From NCBI GenBank assembly GCA_023645945.1, contig JALAIB010000009.1, positions 1-53,715 on the forward strand: 53,715 nucleotides of DNA. The letters are read 5' to 3'. The notes beneath the pieces are model-generated. The model was not told the DNA's origin and made no database searches. It was given only the letters and a program-made list of their open reading frames with translations. This stretch comes from Diploschistes diacapsis. Lineage: Eukaryota. Below, piece by piece: positions 1 through 11,530 of the stretch. Position 1 is the stretch's first letter. Every line of letters begins with the position of its first letter. The translations under genes were made by a program, and so were the position numbers.

Positions 1-1031
1 GCACACCCCCCAGCCGCTGCCCCTCCTCCTCCGCCTTCCTCGCCTTTGCGCTCCTCTCCACCAGCTTCCTCGTAACGACGCGGAACACCTCCTCTATCCC
101 TTCGCCCGACGACGCCGAGATCTCGTGGCAGACATCCCACCCCACGTCGTTGCCCCAGAAACCGCTGCCGGGCCGCTCGTTCGCGCCGCCGCTGCAGCTA
201 TCCAGCAACCCGCTCGAGCCTCTGCTCCGACTTCTACTATTGTCCTGGCCCTGATCCCGGCCGCGGCCCCTTGCTCTCCTGTTTCCAGCCCACCCACCCT
301 CCGCACCGCTAGTCGTTGGCGCCTGTTGTCCGAGCATCCCGGTCCAGCTCCCCGCGCTGGGAGGCGGCGTGTGCGCGGCGTCCGGGAAGAGCGCCTCGGC
401 GACATAGGCGATGCAGCGCTCGAAGGGCACTTCGCGCCGCGATGCGTCCTTGGCGACGAGGTCTGCTTTTGTGCCCACCACGTGCAGGATCACGTCGTCG
501 CCGAGGTTATCCCGTACTTCATTGAGCCAGCGTCCCATTTCCACGAAGGAGGGCTCGTCGACGACGGAGTAGACGAGGATTACGGCGGAGGCGCCGCGGT
601 AGTAGAGCTGTTGCTCTTGGGGGTTAGTTCTTGTGGTTGAGGTGCAAGGGGGAATGGGTGGTGGGTGACGGACTTTGGTGATGCTGTGGAAGCGCTCTTG
701 GCCGGCTGTGTCCCAGACTTGGAGGCGTACGGTGGTGGAGGTTTCGGGGTCGAAGACGCGCTTTGTTAGGAAGGAGGCGCCGATTGTGGAGGCAGGAGGG
801 TGGTTGGGGGAGAAGGTGGATGTGAGCCAGCGGTTGACGAGGGAGGTTTTGCCGACGCCCGTTGCCGGACGGTAGAGGTTAGCTGATTTTGAGCCAGGAG
901 AGGAAGGGCCGTCGAACCCCAGGTTCGGAGTGGGAGGGCAGGAGGAGGGAGGCGGAGAGCCTACCTTGGGCGCCGAGGACGCATATTTTGGCTTCAAGGT
1001 TGTTTGTTATTGAGGTACCGGTAGAGGACAT
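1..1031 (-). CDS. Rab-family small GTPase (3' end runs off the window). Exons ~1031-965, 858-674, 607-<1
   Basis: Manual minus-strand translation gives MSSTGTSITNNLEAKICVLGAQ/GVGKTSLVNR (G1), STIGASFLTK (G2), RLQVWDTAGQERFHSITK/LYYRGA (G3), VVGTKAD (G4) and HEISASSGEGIEEVF (G5). Both introns have CTAAC branch points. Confidence 0.93.
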
Positions 1032-1430
1032 ACTGGGTGTTGGACGATGGGGATTATGAGAAGACAGACTGTACTCCGGCCATACTATAGTCAGTCTATG
1101 TAGAAAATTGGGACAGTCAATGGCGTAACGAAAGATAGACGCGGCTGAATTGGAAATGAGAAAGACACGCGGTCTGCAAAGAGCGTAAAAGACTCTTGAA
1201 ATGAAGCACGACAGAGAGATTATGCTCTAACAGCTTCGGTCAACGTCGAACTGAGCTGAGCGTGGTCGAGTCTATGAGGCGAAAGATTTAAGGATGGCGC
1301 ATGACTGTGCCTGTCGCCTTCTTGCTGGACGTCATCTTTTGAAGTCATGTCTTTTGATCCTTTTGCAGGTCTGAAGTGCCGGTGCTTCGGTGCTTCACAC
1401 AGGTAATTACATTGAGGCCGCGATGGCTTA

Positions 1431-1601
1431 TATGAAGTGACCCCCAGAACAGCACCGCGGCTAGTCGACGCCACACAAGCAGGGGTCCTTCACCATATAT
1501 CTTTCAGTGAAGAGGACACGTGGAGCCTTTTTTTGTGTGCAAAACACCCCTGCTTGTGTGGCGTCGACTAGCCGCGGTGCTGTTGTGAGGGTCACTTCGT
1601 A
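1431..1601. mobile_element. MITE-like element: 56-bp inverted repeats (1431-1486 and 1546-1601) around a 59-bp spacer, TA at both ends
   Basis: Left arm tatgaagtgacccccagaacagcaccgcggctagtcgacgccacacaagcaggggt matches the reverse complement of the right arm at 53/56 positions. No coding capacity. Terminal TA fits a Tc1/mariner-type target duplication (inference). Confidence 0.7.
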
Positions 1602-1772
1602 TCAAACACCTACAGTACAAACACAGTGTTTTATGGGTCTTGTATGTCAGCTACTATACTGTACTCGACATGTACTTAGCCAGCCCTGTATTGCTCTTGA
1701 TTTGACCTGACTCGAGATAAATAAGACCTGCTCTATTTGATAAAGGCTCCTGCTTCCCCTGACTTTTGCGCA

Positions 1773-3635
1773 ATGGCCATCTTCAGCTTCGAAAATCTCG
1801 GTCAACATCCGGTGAATTTGGGTTGGAAGCCAACCGCTATTCTCTTTCTTGTTCTGCCGTGCGCTCTCACGTATCTTTTTACGTATCTCAGATGTCACTT
1901 CCAGTTACAGAGCAAAGTAACTGGCCGTGAGCCGCCAACGGTTCCTTATGCCGTTCCTTTCCTGGGCCATGCATTGTCTTTCACTCGGGACTTTGCGCCT
2001 TTCCTTCGCGGATTGACGTATGTGATTCTACATTTTTCACGGACTCCAAGGCCGATGCCCTGATGGCTAGTGTGAAACCATCGGTTCTTCGTAGCTAACC
2101 ATATGATTTAGTTCGAAATATGGCTACTCTCAGCCTGTTGCGATTGCGGCTGGTCCTTTCAAGATGTTCGTGCCGAGCGCTCCTCAACATTTTGAGATCC
2201 TGCTTCGATCCTCCAAGGAGTTGTCTTCAAAGACAAACCAAGTCATCGCCCTTAAGAATCTATTCGGCGTGCCAAAAGGTGCCTTGAAATACTATGAGGC
2301 AGATGACTCTGGATCCCAACCGAAGCCTCTACCGGGCAGCAGTATCAAACCTGAAAACCGTATCTTTTTCCACCAACATCAGAGTACGCACAAATACCTT
2401 AATGGGCATGCTTTGAACCTTATGACCGAGCGTTTGGTGGAAAGTTTTTCAAAGCAGTTAAGGCAAGCTCAAGACATCACGGAAGAATGGACGGACATGC
2501 CGGATTTTTGGCTTTGGTTTCGTGGAAACATGTTTCAAGCATCCGTGGAAGCACTTTTCGGTAAGCATATGCTTCGCTTGAACCCTTCCTTAGTGGATGA
2601 CTTTTGGGAGTATGATCGCCAGGGTCTGTCCATCCTCAAAGGCTTACCCCGTTGGATGAATCCTAGTGGATATGCTATCAGAGATAAAGTCATGAACTCA
2701 ATCAAGAAGTGGCACAAATTCGCCAGCGATCATGTAGACGCTACCAAAGTAGCAGCCAACGACCCTGAATGGGACGAATATTGGGGGGCTAAGGTCTTTA
2801 AGGCACGCCAAGAGTACATGGCTGCCATGCATTTCCTGGACGATGATGCTAAAGCTGGAGAGGACTTGGGGTTCATGTTCGCATCGAATGCCAATGCGAT
2901 CCCTGCCGCAGGCTGGATGGCGCTCCACACCTTTCTTGACCCTGCATTGTTAGAAAGGGCTCGGAAAGATGTGGAGGACTCCCTGCAGCCCAGTTCTGAC
3001 GCCGGTGCGCCCGAAACCCTGAACATTCCAAAGCTCTGCTCCAAACCTCTCCTACAAAGCATGTACGCAGAAGCTCTTCGCCTTAATACTGGCATTGTGG
3101 TGGGCCGTACGCCTTTTAATGGACCCCTCAGGGTAGGAGAATGGCTTTTCCCCAAGGGCCAAATGATTCTACTTTCCTCAAGGACAGCGGCGATGAATGC
3201 CGAGATCTGGAATACTGGGACGACGGACGAGCCCCACCCGCTGGACACGTTTTGGGCAGATCGATTCGTCGTATATCCGGATCGTCCCCAAAGTGGACCA
3301 TTGAAGAACCCAGCTCCACAAGCCGAGAAGCTTGAGGCTCCTGAATACTCGATGCGGGGCCTTAGTGGCGCGTGGTTTCCCTATGGTGGCGGGCTTGGGA
3401 TGTGCCCGGGAAGGCATTTCGCGAAGCAAGAGGTTATTGCTGGGATGGCAGTTCTGGTTGCCTCTTTTGATATCGAGCTAAAAGTCCCTAACGGATTTGT
3501 ACCGCAAGCAGATATGAATTACTTTCCCGTGAGTTCTTCGTTGCAATCTGTAGGCTCAATGCTAATTTAGTCGCTCAGATGGGAATTCTTCCGATAAAGG
3601 ACAAGATACCATTTCGCATCAGGAAGAGGGTATAG
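1773..3635 (+). CDS. Cytochrome P450, CYP7/CYP8-like. Exons 1773-2017, 2112-3528, 3579-3635
   Basis: N-terminal membrane anchor, then PPTVPYAVPFLGHA, EALR (ExxR) and heme motif FPYGGGLGMCPGRHFA. The I-helix reads ASNANAIPAA. Both GT-AG introns have GCTAAY branch points and restore frame. Confidence 0.95.
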
Positions 3636-4056
3636 TTTTGCGCTGAATTCTGTCCTGTGGTCAATGCTTTAGCAAACTTATATTCAGAAGCTATGCAGGC
3701 ATATGGGTCTGGGTATTTTATGCTTCTACAAACCATCTGAGTTCCTTTGGTCTCCCTACACTGCCTGCCTGCCGCGTACAGGAGATCATGTGGTTCGTTG
3801 ACGCGAGAGCACGTGATAGCTCCCTCGGTAATTTCATCTCCCCACCATCGCCGACTTATGCCCCCGCAATTGCACCTGCCGGTGGATCTCCTTTGGGCCG
3901 TTGGCCCCTAGCATCTATCTATCTGTCATCTTGCTGTATATTAAAACTTGAGACACTCCTTTGCTGTAGCTGGCTGTATATATACTTAGAGTTCGCTCCC
4001 CTTACTCATCGCATGTGTATACCGATTCGACGTTCAACTTTCTCCAAGGCCGTACA

Positions 4057-5684
4057 ATGAATCATGACGAGCAGACGCAGCCCGATGAGCAAAAGCTACG
4101 TGGAGATGAAGTACAGAAGCACAACAACAAGGACGATTGCTGGGTCATCATACACGGAAAAGCGTACGATGTTACGGAGTTCATGCCTGAACATCCAGGT
4201 CAGTCGCCCGATACCCTCGTATATTGCACTTCCTCAATCATTCTGTAGGAGGACCGAATATAATCCTCAAATATGCCGGCAAAGATGCCACGGAAACCTA
4301 TGACCCGATACACCCCCCCGATACCCTCACCAAGTACCTAGACAAGTCGAAGCATTTGGGCGATGTAAATATGAGTACAGTCAAGAAGGAGCAGGAAGAG
4401 GAGGACCCGGACGAGCAGGATCGGCAGGAGAGGATAAAGAATAAGCCAATTCTAGAGCAATGCTATAATCTCATGGATTTCGAGGCGGTGGCAAAGCAAG
4501 TCATGAAGCGGACTGCTTGGATGTATTACTCGAGTGGTGCTGATGATGAGATTGTAAGTCGGCACAAGTCTCCCGCACTAACGCTAGCTAATGACATGTA
4601 ACAGACATTGAGAGAAAACCACTCCGCATTCCACAAGATCTGGTTCAGACCACGGATACTTCAAGATGTAGGAAAGATTGACATTTCAACAACTATGCTA
4701 GGAACCAAGGTCGACATACCTTTCTACGTCACGGCTACTGCGCTTGGGAAGCTCGGGCACCCAGAAGGCGAAATTGTTCTGACGAGAGGCGCAAAGAAGC
4801 ACAATGTGATACAGATGATACCTACCTTGGCAAGTTGCTCCTTCGACGACATAGTTGATGCGCGCGAAGGCGACCAAGTGCAGTGGCTCCAGCTCTATGT
4901 CAACAGCGACCGCGAAATAACCAAGAAAATCGTTCAGCACGCGGAGCAGCGGGGTTGCAAAGGCCTGTTCATCACGGTCGATGCGCCTCAGCTCGGTCGG
5001 CGAGAAAAGGATATGAGGACAAAGTTCAGCGACGTTGGCTCGAACGTCCAGAGCAGCGATGGCGACAGTGTGGATCGGTCGCAAGGAGCTGCTCGCGCCA
5101 TCTCATCCTTCATCGACACTACGCTGAGCTGGAAAGATATCCCATGGTTTCTTAGTATTACGAAGATGCCCATTCTTCTGAAGGGCGTTCAGAGGGTCGA
5201 AGACGTTATAAGAGCGGTTGAGTCTGGCGTACAAGGCGTGGTGCTATCAAACCACGGAGGTCGCCAGCTCGACTTTGCAAGGTCCGGCGTAGAAGTTCTT
5301 GCGGAGGTGATGCCCATTCTGCGGGAGCGGAATTGGGAGGATCGTATCGAGATCTATATCGACGGCGGCATTCGACGAGCAACGGATATCATCAAGGCCT
5401 TGTGTCTTGGCGCGAAGGGCGTTGGAATTGGCCGACCGTTCCTCTATGCGATGAGCTCCTATGGCCTAGCTGGCGTAGACCGCGCTATGCAGCTGCTCAA
5501 GGACGAGATGGAGATGAACATGCGCCTCATCGGCTGCACCAGCGTGGACCAGCTCAACCCGACGCTGGTGGATGCCAGAGGGCTCAGTCTGCATTCGACA
5601 TTAGTGCCGAGCGATACTCTTGGGCAGACAGTCTATGATCCGCTCTCGTCGCCTGTCAACACGGCCAACAAGGCCAAGCTCTGA
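4057..5684 (+). CDS. CYB2: Flavocytochrome b2 / L-lactate dehydrogenase (cytochrome b5 + FMN-dependent alpha-hydroxy acid dehydrogenase). Exons 4057-4198, 4249-4553, 4605-5684
   Basis: Cytochrome b5 motif [32 protein letters not shown]-domain motifs [30 protein letters not shown] and [10 protein letters not shown]. Confidence 0.93.
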
Positions 5685-7056
5685 GGTGAGGTTGTCGTTG
5701 ATGTATATGATAGTCTTGCTGTTGTTTTTTTTCATCTAGTGTATATAAGTTTGAAACAATAAACGTAAATCACTCGCCTGTAGTTAATTTGCAGCTTATA
5801 CATCATACCTTGCCTTGTCATGTAGTGTCTCCATCTGTTCTCTTACATGCTGTGGTATGTCTCCGCAGGTCCATACGGAGCTATCCAGTGCGTAGGTATT
5901 CAAGGTCGATGGTCCTCACCAGCCACTCACCGGCGCTGACAAAGCGATGCTCTCCGGATCGATTACTGATCGCCATCAACCGTACATTACTTGAAGTAGA
6001 ATACCGTCGATACCTCGGCGGTGACCCTTTACAGAGCTGTGTATCTCTTTCATATAACCACGATTGCTTTCCTTTCACCTCGCCAGTTAATGTCACTGCT
6101 ATCAGCTATCAACCAGGTTCGGCCTTCGTTCCACGAACAGCAGTTCGTTGTCGGGTTCTCGCAGTTCTCGGAAGTCGCATGTCACAGTGACATCGCTCGG
6201 TTCTTATTACAGGCCGGCGTGGTTCGCCGAATGGCGAAGGTCGCAGCAGCTTGAACGTCCGTGGAAACGGAGGAAGATTCTAGCGGCCTACCAGAAGAAT
6301 CATTTGCGCATCACGGGCACAGCGACAGAGACGATAGAAGGTCGAAGCTTCTCTAGCGCAAAGGATCAACGGGTATAAGAAACGGGTGTTATTGGCTGCT
6401 CTCTCACCTCGCTCCCTAGAGCCGGCTTAGTTTACTCAATTTGCTTCGTCCTCCTTTCCTGGATGCAACCCTATCAGCCAACGGATATGGGGTGCGCCAC
6501 CCATCGAATGAGGCTCGTTTGTGCTTTGGACGTCGTGGCCCGGGATTATGGCACTTTGCGAGTCGGCTTGGATGGCACACTTCGGGGTCATGTCATGAGG
6601 CGTGACCACTTTCCAGGCAATTAGAAGTCTCGTTGCAGCTTGCGAAATCACTGTCTTCTCATTGGTGAAAGGACAGATGTTCAAGAAGCAACCGTCACTT
6701 GACAGACTAGCTATCAAACCAAAGTCTCCGTCTTGCTTGAGCATGACAAACCCAAATTCACCACTACGGTTTCTTATCAGACACAGAGTTGGCGCCGTTC
6801 AATAGCCTCCAGTCATCTTTGTGCTTCATCCTAATTTCCTGTCTCCTCAACCTCTGCAGAAGCTTCATCTTCTGCAGTTATACTTCCAACTTCGCATAGA
6901 GAAGCAAGCGCATTAACCCAGACCTCTACGTTACTTGCCCGTTCTCTCTATACTCATAACGATTATGCTAGCTTAGTCCTGTCTGCGCATTTGCCTCCTA
7001 ACGTTACTAATCCAACTCATTTCTTCTAATTGACTTTAAGGCAGAAGACAGTCAAA

Positions 7057-9401
7057 ATGGGGCAACCAGTTAAGGAGCATGTTAGCCACATGAAAGGTTT
7101 ATACCATCAGGCCTTTGGCGGCCTGAATGCCATCAGAACCAGCATTAGAATGGAAGCCAGCGCTACCGCGGAGCAGCTGGAGGAAATGCATCGACTTGAC
7201 CGTTCATTGAATAGGGGCCCAATCTCGTTCGGAAATTTATACTCAAAGTTCGCAGAACAAGAGGTAAGTTAAAGGATCCGTTTGATTTAGAGTTTGCATA
7301 GAGCTGACCCCAACCAAAGCCGTTGAAATATCCAGGGGGCGATGGTAAGCCTTTGTCGGTCCTCTTGTTCGGATATAATATCTGCTAATATCATTCCGTA
7401 GCACACGCGCTAGAGCAGGTTGGTCTGCCAACGACATGCGCTTTGCACTGATCCGCTAATGCTTTCTATCAGTTAGGGAGAGGAGCCAGAGCATTCGACA
7501 TTGATGTTATCCAGGCTTTGCAGAAAGCTGTAAGTAGTACTTATGACTTTGGCACCAGGTACCGGCTGATCTCGATATAGGAGGATACATACACGCACGC
7601 CGACTACAATCATCTCACGGAATGCTCCGACTTCCACCAAGACGAGTATGTGAACGAGCTAACCAACCTCATGGAGCGGATTGAGCAGGCTCCCCAGCCT
7701 CGTGAGGCAGGTTTCGTGCCTGCTAAGAACCCCGCCAGAAAATACTGCCAGCCTTTGAGTACAGAGGCTCCAGTTAAACGAGAGGAGGCGTCGAATTACG
7801 CGGGAGAGGCTGGTGCGCAAGGCTCATCTAGCGGATATTATCTTGAAGGTCTCAAGACAAATCCTTTTGATAGCCGGCCCCCAAGCTCGTTCGAGCCATT
7901 CACACTACTCCGGCCCCCGAACTCATTTGAGCCATCCCCAACACTTGGAAGCGAATTCTTCGAAGAACTCGACAGAGAAAAGATGGATCCGTCGCTCCAG
8001 CCAAGACCATTGACGATTAATACGCAACCCGGACCACAGCGGGCGAGTTTCACATCCAATAGCTCCAATGAGCTGGAGACACCAATCACGCCCGCCTCGA
8101 TGAGTTTCCCATCAAGACATCACTCACATAGCTCAAATGCGCAAAGGAAAGCATCTATGGAGGGCAAAGTTCGTGGTTATGATGTTGGAAGTCAAGAGTT
8201 TCGAGACGCAGTCACCGGGAGGGCCGTCAGCTTCTCTTCGCAGCACTCCGGCACACACACTGAGCGACTCACTGAGCCAACTAATCCACCACAAACTACA
8301 AGTCGTGGGAAACTGATTGCCAGAAAGAACAGTTACGTCTTGTACAAGCCAGATCCTCAACAGCCTTCACGTCAGAAAACGCTATCTTCTACGCAACGGG
8401 GGAATATCACCAAAGTAGCTTTACCAGCTCCGCCAGTCTTGGTAAATCTGTCAAGCAGCGCTCCACCACTACCGCCTAATTGGAGATCGGTAGCAGTCCA
8501 GGGTGTGTCACGCGAAAACATTGAGCGCTCGCCGCCTTTGCCACCAGGTCGTCCCTCAGACTTTGCAAATGAGCAATCTTCCACGAAGCCCGTGTACCCT
8601 TCCCACTACAATCCCAGTGCTGGACGCGTTCATCCTATTCTCCAAGAGCCCCGTGTAAGTGCAGAACAAGTGACAGCTCCAATGTCGACCTCGCTCGAAA
8701 GAAGTTCGACGACAGGCTCTCGCATCACAACTATTCGGTCGATGCCGCACAACTCCAACATTATATTTCAACCTCTTGGATCGAAGCCACTCACTCTTCA
8801 GATTGACGGTTCCTGTCGTTCGATCGAGCCAGGCAGAGAATTTAGCCACAAAGAGAAGTCGGTCTTTGGGTTTGGCACGAATGCAGAACTTTCCGCGAAG
8901 AATGGCGCAATCAAGATCTGCTCTGGCGCCGTGAGGCTCCAGGAGAAGAAGCCGGACAAGGCATATGCGCTTGAACTCGTCTTACAAGGCTTCTATACTA
9001 ATAAAACCCACAAGTATAGCAAGTGCCGAAATTGCTGTTTCGAGGGCAAAGCGGTGCCCAGAGCCGGTCCGGGCGTCAACAACACAATGTGGGACATCGA
9101 CAAGTCCGTCTACGAGTCCGACGGCATCCTATACCGCTGGGAGTTTCTCTTCCGCAGCCACATCAAGCAACGCAATCCCATCCCACACCCCGTCGACGCA
9201 CAATTCGCGTGCATGTTCTGTTACGCCGACGGCAGAGGCACCCCGGTCTTCGAGGGTGTTGCTCGCCTGCTCAACCACCTGCAGTCGCACCGCACCGGCA
9301 AGTTGGACGCGAAGGCAGTCGAATACATGAAGGCGATTGTCGGCCGCAGCCCTGACATCAGCGAGGATTTTGCGATCGCGATTCCTCCGCTCTACATCTA
9401 A
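7057..9401 (+). CDS. Fungal hypothetical protein with S/P-rich middle and C-terminal Cys/His-rich domain. Exons 7057-7263, 7320-7344, 7402-7418, 7473-7529, 7581-9401
   Basis: Four GT-AG introns with CTRAY branch points join five exons into one open frame. The C-terminus has KCRNCCF, YRWEFLFRSH and FACMFC...LLNHLQSH. Confidence 0.75.
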
Positions 9402-10254
9402 ATGGCAGAACATCGACCATCCCCTCGAGAACAGTGTTACGGTTTAATGAGTACGCATATCTGAAGACACGAAACCGGCGTTAGCACGGAAGAGAGAGCC
9501 TCGTCTATTAGATAGAAGGCCAAGGATTTTCCAAGGAGGGTTTCTAATCCGAGGAGTGGGAACGATAGGCCTTGATGAGCCTTGCTTGATCCAATCCTGG
9601 ACAAAACTATACTTGTACTTACTGAATCATGAATGCATGGAAGCGAAAGATCATCCGTTGCTTGCTTGCGTGATTTGTGGTGAAGAGTTGTACTCTGTCC
9701 CTTGTAGTTACTGCATCGTAGCCGGATCTGCCCCATGTGTCCAAGGAGTGCTGCCGCATCGGAGCGCTCTCGATACACGTCTGTTTGATTTGCCCAAGGA
9801 GAGCTGGCATATCGAAGCGCTCTTCACACCCATCTATACAGCTATTCCCTGGATTGACTATACTAGCGAGATCTTGGCAAGCATCAATGTTAAGGGAGAC
9901 ACAGCCTGATAATTCTTGGTAGAGCACGCCCTTCGTCTCTGTACTATGTCCAAGGACAGGTTTATGACAATAGAGTCACAGAGATCGGCTTCTCAGAACA
10001 CAGAACGAACTTTCCGAATATCTGTATCGATTGCTCCGAATGCGAGGGAAAATGTGACTATACACAGCCCACAAACGCCTACAACAGTCCCGCTTCCTGC
10101 AGGCAACTATGCATGATAACGAGCAGACTCTCTCCATCTTTTCCATGCAGTTTCCCTTGCACGCCTCTGGTGATCATAAAGGGTTTGACCGCATCCACTA
10201 AATCAAACCCCAAAATAAGACGATGCCTTCGAAGACCCGAGAGGAGCGCTACAG

Positions 10255-11205
10255 CTACATGACGGCACAACAGCTGTTCTGCTTCTTCGCCTGTTTGAAA
10301 GCGGTCAGCCAATGTACTTGCTGAAGGAGAAAGGTGGTAATGAAGTGGCCAGCCTTCGCCTCAAGCTGGGCAGACAGCCTATCTGAGCTCCCAAAATCAA
10401 CGACCGGCAACCACAAAGCCCCAACCAACGCACAAAAACAAACCTTCTACACACATACCTGTGTATAAAACATGCGACTTTGGCTACTCAAATCATTACT
10501 CTTCTCCACCAGCATATTAATACTCTCCCCACGCTCCAACACGCTCTCGATCGTCTTGTGCAGCACAATCTTCGTCTCGTCCAATTCTCGCTGGATCTTC
10601 ATGATACTATCCGCCTGCCCCGGATCCTGGTATTTGGCTAAATACTCCTTCAGCGCCGGGAAGCTCAGGCTGTTGGCCTGCGTCGAGGGCGCAGCGAACG
10701 AGGCCTGCGGGTGCTGCGACAGGAACTCGTCAACGATCTTGGAGAGCAGCTGGTGCGCGACCAGGGCCGGGTAGTCTTTGTCGCTGATTATCAGCCCGCA
10801 GATGCCTTCGCTGCGGGCGTACGCGTGGAAGGTGTAGTCTTGTTCTTCGATGTCTTGGCGCTGCCCCGGGCGTGTGCGCTCGGCGACGGTTTTGGAGAAA
10901 AGGGTCATGAATTCGGCATAGCTGTAAGGGGGAAGGGGGGGAAGGTTAGTGGAGGAGGGGATGGTGGGGTGAAGGAGGAGATGAGGATTTTGGAGCGGTG
11001 ATGATAGCGAGCTGGATTGGGGTTTGAAAGGGAAGGGGAACGAACTTGTTTCTTGTGAAGCGCGAGTAGCTGCTTAGATCTTTCTCGACTGCGAGCTCGA
11101 CGGCGGGTTTGCTCTCGTTCTTTATGATCTGAGGAGGATTAGCATGCTGGAGTATCCATGTGAGCGGGGAGGAAGTGGGCTTACGCCGATATAGAAGAGC
11201 TTCAT
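10255..11205 (-). CDS. YKT6: R-SNARE Ykt6 (longin + SNARE, C-terminal CCAVM prenylation signal). Exons ~11205-11185, 11128-11046, 10921-10459, 10290-10255
   Basis: MKLFYIG/IIKNESKPAVEL...DLSSYSRFTRN, then QADSIMKIQRELDETKIVLHKTIESVLERGE. The last exon encodes AKKQNSCCAVM-stop. Confidence 0.96.
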
Positions 11206-11530
11206 GATCGTAGGTCGTATAGGTGTTCAAAAAGGCAGCAGAGTAGATCGGACAGTGAGTTATTCTTGGTGTGCCTATATAACAACGGGAAATGTTCATT
11301 TGGGTGTCTTGCTGGGCGGGACTGAACATCATGTCGTCGGAGCGGAGAAAAGAAAGCTCCGTTCGCCGAGAGACATATGTTAGTCACATATCGACAATGA
11401 ATTGATGGGTTGAACATAAAAAGGTAAGTGTGCTGAAGATTTCAAGGTCTGTCACAATTGTCGAAACCTGGAAAGAGAGTTTCGCTTCGAAGAAAAGTAC
11501 TATACCCACTTGACTGAAAACAAGGCCAAG

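Noticed and set aside
125..875. Plus-strand ORFs of 171, 69 and 66 aa
   Set aside because: They are antisense shadows of the GC-rich Rab gene and have no independent motifs.
5789..6805. Cluster of short ORFs between CYB2 and the hypothetical gene
   Set aside because: No recognisable motifs or coherent splice structure in any frame.
9437..10116. Overlapping ~100-aa ORFs on both strands, including a CVIC...CSYC stretch
   Set aside because: No family recognised and no consistent gene model; could be a decayed gene but this is unsupported.
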